A DNA stretch of 64,000 bases from Magallana gigas. Lineage: Eukaryota. Made by a program: the position numbers and the translations under genes. How positions within the stretch are numbered: position 1 is the first letter of the stretch; each line of letters starts with the position of its first letter. The stretch is from assembly GCF_963853765.1 (NCBI RefSeq), contig NC_088854.1:20522001-20586000 (forward strand). Reading direction: 5' to 3'. Shown here one piece after another: positions 58,143 through 64,000 of the stretch. The notes beneath the pieces are model-generated. The model was not told the origin of the DNA, searched no databases, and saw only the letters and a program-made list of their open reading frames with translations.

Positions 58143-61100
58143 ATTGATGTTTATTTCTTAAATATATTTATTATATGTTATCGATTATTTTAATTATATC
58201 AAAATATATACTGAGACATAATTACCCCAGTTTATGTTTTCCTTGGTTTGAAAATCCGGAAACATTGCGACAAGTACGTGCATTTCTATCATAAAGATCA
58301 GCCCTTGATTAATCCAAAATGGAAACATCCTTGCTATATAGAAGATAACTTACTGCTTTATTTATATTTCATATGAAAAACTAACATGCACACATAACGG
58401 AGCTGTTGATATGTGCTAAAGTCAAAAATGGTTATCTAAGTATAATAATTCATCTGATGATATCATAACCTTTATGTCCTTGTCTTTGTTTTAATCATTT
58501 AAATATATTATTCACAAACACAAAGCGAGACTATGAACACGGGTAGCCTTTTCATAGTCTTTGGTATTCAGATGTCAAAATGACTTTAAAAAAAACAAAT
58601 CAGAAGGAAGTTAACCAAAGGAAATACGATAACTGCCTGTTAAGATATTGCTTACAGTATATGAATATTTAACGGTAAACAAAATATCGAGTAAAACCAT
58701 AAAAATATCACCGATGCAATGACTATAATGATAATGATTTGTATTAATTTCGTAGACTAGATGTAATTCAATCATTCTACAAACAAATAAATATGAAAAC
58801 ATACATTTTACTCAAAGGACATGAACATTTGCCATTAGGATCCCCAAACTATCTTTAATACAAGTAGTATAAGCAGGTTATGATAAATTAAAAACAAACT
58901 GCGTGTAAGCTCTCCTAACTCAACGACTTTTAAATCTTTAATCATTTAATCATTTCCTTTTATTTGCTAACTCATTTTTTAACGAAATAAAAGACAGGTT
59001 GAAAATGGAAGCTGATCACAGTAAAGGTATATTTAATAATATCATCCTCCCACTTTTGAAAATAAGAAGTGAAATAAAATCATAAAAATCAACAACATCA
59101 AAATCACTCAACTATTGAAAGGATTTCTCTTAATCCTGTACACGTGTAACCTAAGTATTTTTGACAAAATTAATATGAAAAGTTTTTTTGACAAGGAAAG
59201 AAAATGATGTTTACTCTTGACCTAGATTATAAACAAACATACAAATGTAATGTATTTTATTTGTAAAGAATAAACTAGGCCTGAGTGTTCCAAATTTGCT
59301 TTGTTCTGCTTTTGGACAGATAGAACAGGACAAGGAAGAAAATGAAATTATTCACAAATAATACAAATAAGGAACAAATACTGATGTAACAAGGAGGTTT
59401 TTGTGCTCAAACAGATATATATCTGCGGAAGTTTTAATATCACTTGCTTTCTTCATTCTTCTCGATATCAAACTGTAATTCGTCTATATATGGGTTTGAA
59501 ACTCTTCAACAAAAACCTCGCTTGTCTATTTATCAGGATATAAAAGTATATAACAAACACATTAATAACATTTAGGAAGAATCTATAAATAAGAGTGAAT
59601 ATTTTTTAAAAAAGTGTATAAAAAATGCAAACCTTTTGTAAGAGCAGTCAATATGAATATATGATTGATTCCCGGATTGTGACTCACGGATATTTATTGA
59701 TTCACACCAATATTACAACTGATTCCAGATATCGTTATTTTTATATCATAACACTGTAGATGGGAATGTGACAGTTCGTACACAGTTACAATAAAGCGAC
59801 TATTATTATCACTTCTAAAACGACCGATAAAATATTAATTAACTCAAAATATTTTCGTGAATTTTTTACGCATGGATATGCATTTTCGACCATCTAAATT
59901 AGCAATCTTTCCTTGAAATTTTACTATTTTGGAATGCTAAAACCATAATTCTAGCAATTACATATATTGGTTTGGAATAGCAAGGTATATAGCCTTATGA
60001 ATCCGTACATAAGGGTGACGCTCTGTTTAAAAGTGCGATAAAATATTGTAATATTGCTTATGCACGTATCTATCAAAATCCGGTGTTTTATACATTTATT
60101 CAATATCAGCAGTTATTGTTATGATTGAATAGTGGTTTGGATATTGTTATGGTGTTAACGTATTTACAGTCATTCCAACTGTCGTTTAAGTAGTAAACAA
60201 TAAAAGGCGTCAAAAGAACGACGGCATGTTTATTTTATATGCTATATTTGGTAAAACTAATGAAAAAAATTTTAGGAAAAAGAGAAAAAAACCTATTGAA
60301 AATTAGAAGGAATTGAATATCAAAACACAACTTTGTTTTCCATTAGATGATTCCAAATACTACATGATGATATACTCAAATGTAACGCAAAAATGATTTT
60401 CCTTTTTAGTGGATTTTTTTTTCATTTGAAAAATTATTAAAATACAGAGAAACACTATTTCATTGATTTCAGTAATACGTTTTTCCGCATAGTCGGGCTC
60501 ATTGCGTAAGCAATGATCTGGCTCCAACTATACTATACTCATAACTTATAGTACAAATTCCATGTATAATCTTAGCAAGAAATAAATGAAACGTTAAATG
60601 CCAAAAATTATATTTTTAATAGTAAACATCAATTGGAGTAAACATCAATGAATTCTATGCCACAGTTCTATAACTATATGTGAATTTTTCTAACATTGCT
60701 ATGAAAATAATTTTGCATTTGCATTCACTTTCACCTTATACAACCATCCAAGATATTGATTCATAAAAAATATACGATTATTAAAAGGAAGAAACTAAAA
60801 TAAGATTCATATCGTAATCACGGAACAACAGATTAGACCCAGTCAGTAGAAAATTATGAATCCACATGCAAGTGATACATAAATATTTTGCCAACAGATA
60901 AGTTAAATGTTTTGTGTGTAAGAAACAAATATGGCCTTCGGATATACACTCATAACAATGTCTACTCTCTGTGAGTTAGGTGAAGTTATAACGATATATA
61001 ACTGTTAAACCATATAGCTATAATGAAATAATTGAACACATATACTGAATTTGGCAAAATCAATCATCATTGATATTTAACGTGGGTTGCTAACAGTATT

Positions 61101-63646
61101 TTAATATCTAGCATAGTTGTTTCTTCTTTGGTTGTTATGGTCATCCTGAAAATAATTACATTTGATGTCAAATCACTAAAACTCATATTTTATATCTCAA
61201 TGCTTAAATACAATAAGGAAAACTGTTATGTTTTGATGGTGACGAAATAATTATACAAATGCAAATGATGGATATATTTAATCGACTTGACCACTTTTTT
61301 AGAATGATAAATGATTGAACTCCAATATTTGAAATACGAGTATAGAAATGGTTTACCATAGCATAGTTAGTAATTCCATGCAAAGGGTTTTTATTTCTTG
61401 ATTTTGGTGTTGATCTCCTCTTTTTACGACAACAGCAAACACAAACAATAAATAACAGAGCAAGTAGGACAGCACATACCCCAGCGTAGATGAAATACTG
61501 GTATTCTTAAAAAAAAATAAAAATAACCAATTTTAATTTTACAACACAACAATTATTTTGAAACAAAAATTCGTTTTTATAAATATAATTACAACTAGAA
61601 AACTGACCAGTCAGGAAGGGCCCCGCTATGACAATTAATATAGAGAAGTGAAAAAAACTTTGAATTCCATCCTCTTTATATTAACAATGATGAAAAATAA
61701 ATGCCCGGCAGAAGATGTAAAGAACTGGAATATATAGGATCTCGTGATTTGTAGTTGGATATGATTTTCATCCAACAATTAAAGTGTTTTTTTCTTGAGC
61801 CTTAGTGAGGGGATAAAACACACAAGTTGGATAAAAATCATATTATACTACAAATCATGAGATTCTATTTATCCCATATTTTATACACCGCAATCAATGT
61901 TTACACTGTTTATAAAACTCTACATTATTTTTACTTCATTATGCCTAGGCAAATCCCATTGGAAAGTCACAACTGTGGAATATCAAAAAAATATCCAATG
62001 AGTCATATCCACGGGATAAAGTGGGTTAACATGGGATGAAATAAAATTTGTTAAAAAAACAAAGAATTGATACCAATGCAATGATACCTAGGCTTTGCCT
62101 CTATTCAATAAAACTATCATAAATCATTGTGTACGGTATTTTAACCAAAAAAAATATGAATATTATATTTCAAATCCATATTTCAAAGAATGTACACAAT
62201 ACTACACATCATTCAAAATTGACCTTAACTTCAAAACAAAGTTCATTTGCAGACACAGGCAGTGCAGTTATTAATCTCAATGTGACAGATAAAGATAAAG
62301 CTTAGGATTTTCTTCCTGTGGAAGGTTAATTAATCCCAAAGGACAAATATTGCACAGCCTTCCATGTATACAATGGTAACATTCTCAGCAGTTATCTCTC
62401 TTTGCCCATTCATTCTCAGCAGTTATCTCTCTTTGCCCATTCTTCTTATGCATAGTTAGGAATCTACCCCACCACCCCAGCTCCAAACCAGAAGACATAG
62501 AGAACCAAACTTAGCATCAAAATATGTATTTCTGCCTACTGAACTACCATACCAAATTTGAACTTGATTGGGCAACCATAAAAAATGTTATTAGAAAAAA
62601 ACAGGAAATTTGTGGACGGAAGAGTGACAGACGGACGGACGGACAGAAGGACGGACGGACAGAGTGATTACTATAGGGCACCCGCAAATCCTTGCGGGGC
62701 CCTAATTATGTAGGAAGCGTCGAACGTACACCATGTAATTCTATCCTATTTTATCTACTTACTGTCGAGAAAACTTTCCTCCGATATTTTCCTTAAAAAC
62801 AATTTTAACATTCATTAACCAATATAAATACATTTTGGGAATATAAATAAGAATTATTCACATATAAAAGAACAAAATATGAATCATTAATATGTAAACA
62901 TTGCTAAAATAAATGGTAGATTTAAGTTTATTGAGGTGAAATACATAGACAAGTGAATAATTTTGCTCACCTACAGATCGGTTCATTGTTAGATTCCTCA
63001 CACACGTGACCGGATGGACATTCACTCAATTGTTTTAAAAAATCACATGCTGATGTACTGTTTCCAACAGTCACTAAATTTAGAGACACACTTATTCAGT
63101 GACGGAGACGTGATAAAATATTTATCAACTTTCATGCAGCATATTTTCGAAATAATGAATCGATGATCAGCTATTTTTAAAATGTTGATGAGGACACAAA
63201 ATTTGTTTTGAATTTATGGTAAAATCTAATCTTGCTTGACCTCAGTGAATTTTAATTTAGTTAAAATAAGATTAAACCTTCATTTCATATCTAAAGTACA
63301 AAACCTTGCTTTAGATAATAAACCTTTCTGTAATCAAAATATATAAATTGCATTACCAAAAGTAAACAGCACAATCTTTTTGTCATCAGTAACCACAAAC
63401 AGATTTACATGACAATTTTTGTGGTTTTGCTTTTCTTGAAAATTGATATCAAGTATATTAAAAGTCATCTTACGAGAATTTCCGGATGTGTCTACAAGAG
63501 TTACGGAAGAAACAGTCACTTCGTGTCCTTCATAAGTCACTTTAGATTTCCCTAAAACCATATCTTTGGAAAGAAATGTCATGTCGGCTACCACTTGGGA
63601 ATTCATTGCTGTGTAAACTTCATAATCAACGTTCAAACTGCCTTTT
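61101..63646 (-). CDS. 3' exons (SEA, EGF-like, TM, tail) of an upstream tandem paralog
   Basis: Exons 63646-63474 (173 nt, same length as 15941-15769), 63073-62971 (103 nt, same length as 14918-14816), 61505-61357 (YFIYAGVCAVLLALLFIVCVCCCRKKRR), 61145-61101 (DDHNNQRRNNYARY*). All open. Confidence 0.85.
62053..62707 (+). mobile_element. Helentron-type non-autonomous element (HINE-like)
   Basis: (GGAC)n at 62612-62662, then hairpin TAGGGCACCCGCA...TGCGGGGCCCTA (62674-62704). Left boundary approximate. Confidence 0.6.
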
Positions 63647-63838
63647 CTACAAATTATTAAAAAATCTATAAAGAACAGATTGATACACATTAGTGTTGAA
63701 CATCTGACACATTTGAAGAGTTGTTATTGGTATACCTGGTTGCTAAATCACTATACATTATTATACTGCACATGCCTTACTTGAAAGAAAGAAAGAAAGG
63801 CGGTAAAAACTACTGAGTAACCTTATAAAATTACTTAA

Positions 63839-64000
63839 AGGGACATGATCACGATTTGGGTCAAATACTATTTCTCCGATTTAAATGTTTACAATGCTTC
63901 ATAAGGCATTTTAAATATGCAACCAAAATTTGAGTGCCATTTGTTGAGTTATTAGCGAGTAACACAGCTTACAATTCTTTGCTATGTAAACAAAGCCTTT
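63839..64000 (+). mobile_element. Left end of a TTAA-targeting (Kolobok-type) MITE, cut by the window edge
   Basis: TTAA|AGGGACATGATCACGATTTGGGTCAAA start: RR terminus after TTAA. The other end is outside the window. Confidence 0.5.

Overview
AT-rich eukaryotic genomic DNA, most likely a bivalve mollusc (oyster-like; inferred from the repeat families, not confirmed). The backbone is one minus-strand multi-exon gene that I rebuilt by hand from splice sites and phases. It encodes a reprolysin (M12B, ADAM/ADAMTS-like) zinc metalloprotease: prodomain, furin site RHKR, HELGHGLGAQHD, Met-turn, disintegrin-like and Cys-rich modules, then a mucin stalk, SEA, EGF-like, TM and a short Tyr-ending tail (exons from ~55.9 kb to ~9.6 kb). 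The 3' end of a tandem paralog lies at 61.1-63.6 kb. The main gene carries an old internal tandem duplication with an exon-to-exon breakpoint at ~39145. The downstream copy lost its catalytic exons and holds a nested Ngaro > Kolobok > SINE/MITE stack plus a hAT-type element with a 7-bp TSD. Other elements: two gag-only Gypsy-like LTR elements, four copies of a TA-targeting MITE (two forming a 2.85-kb fold-back), Helentron-type non-autonomous elements, DDE_Tnp_4 transposase relics and intronic minimal hammerhead ribozymes. The most striking unexplained signal is in the LTRs of the young element at 10352-13810: six (plus one degenerate) stem-loops with the same 16-nt loop, different self-complementary stems, and G-U pairs that fit only the sense RNA. 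Most short ORFs in the track are spurious. All alignments and folds were done by eye.
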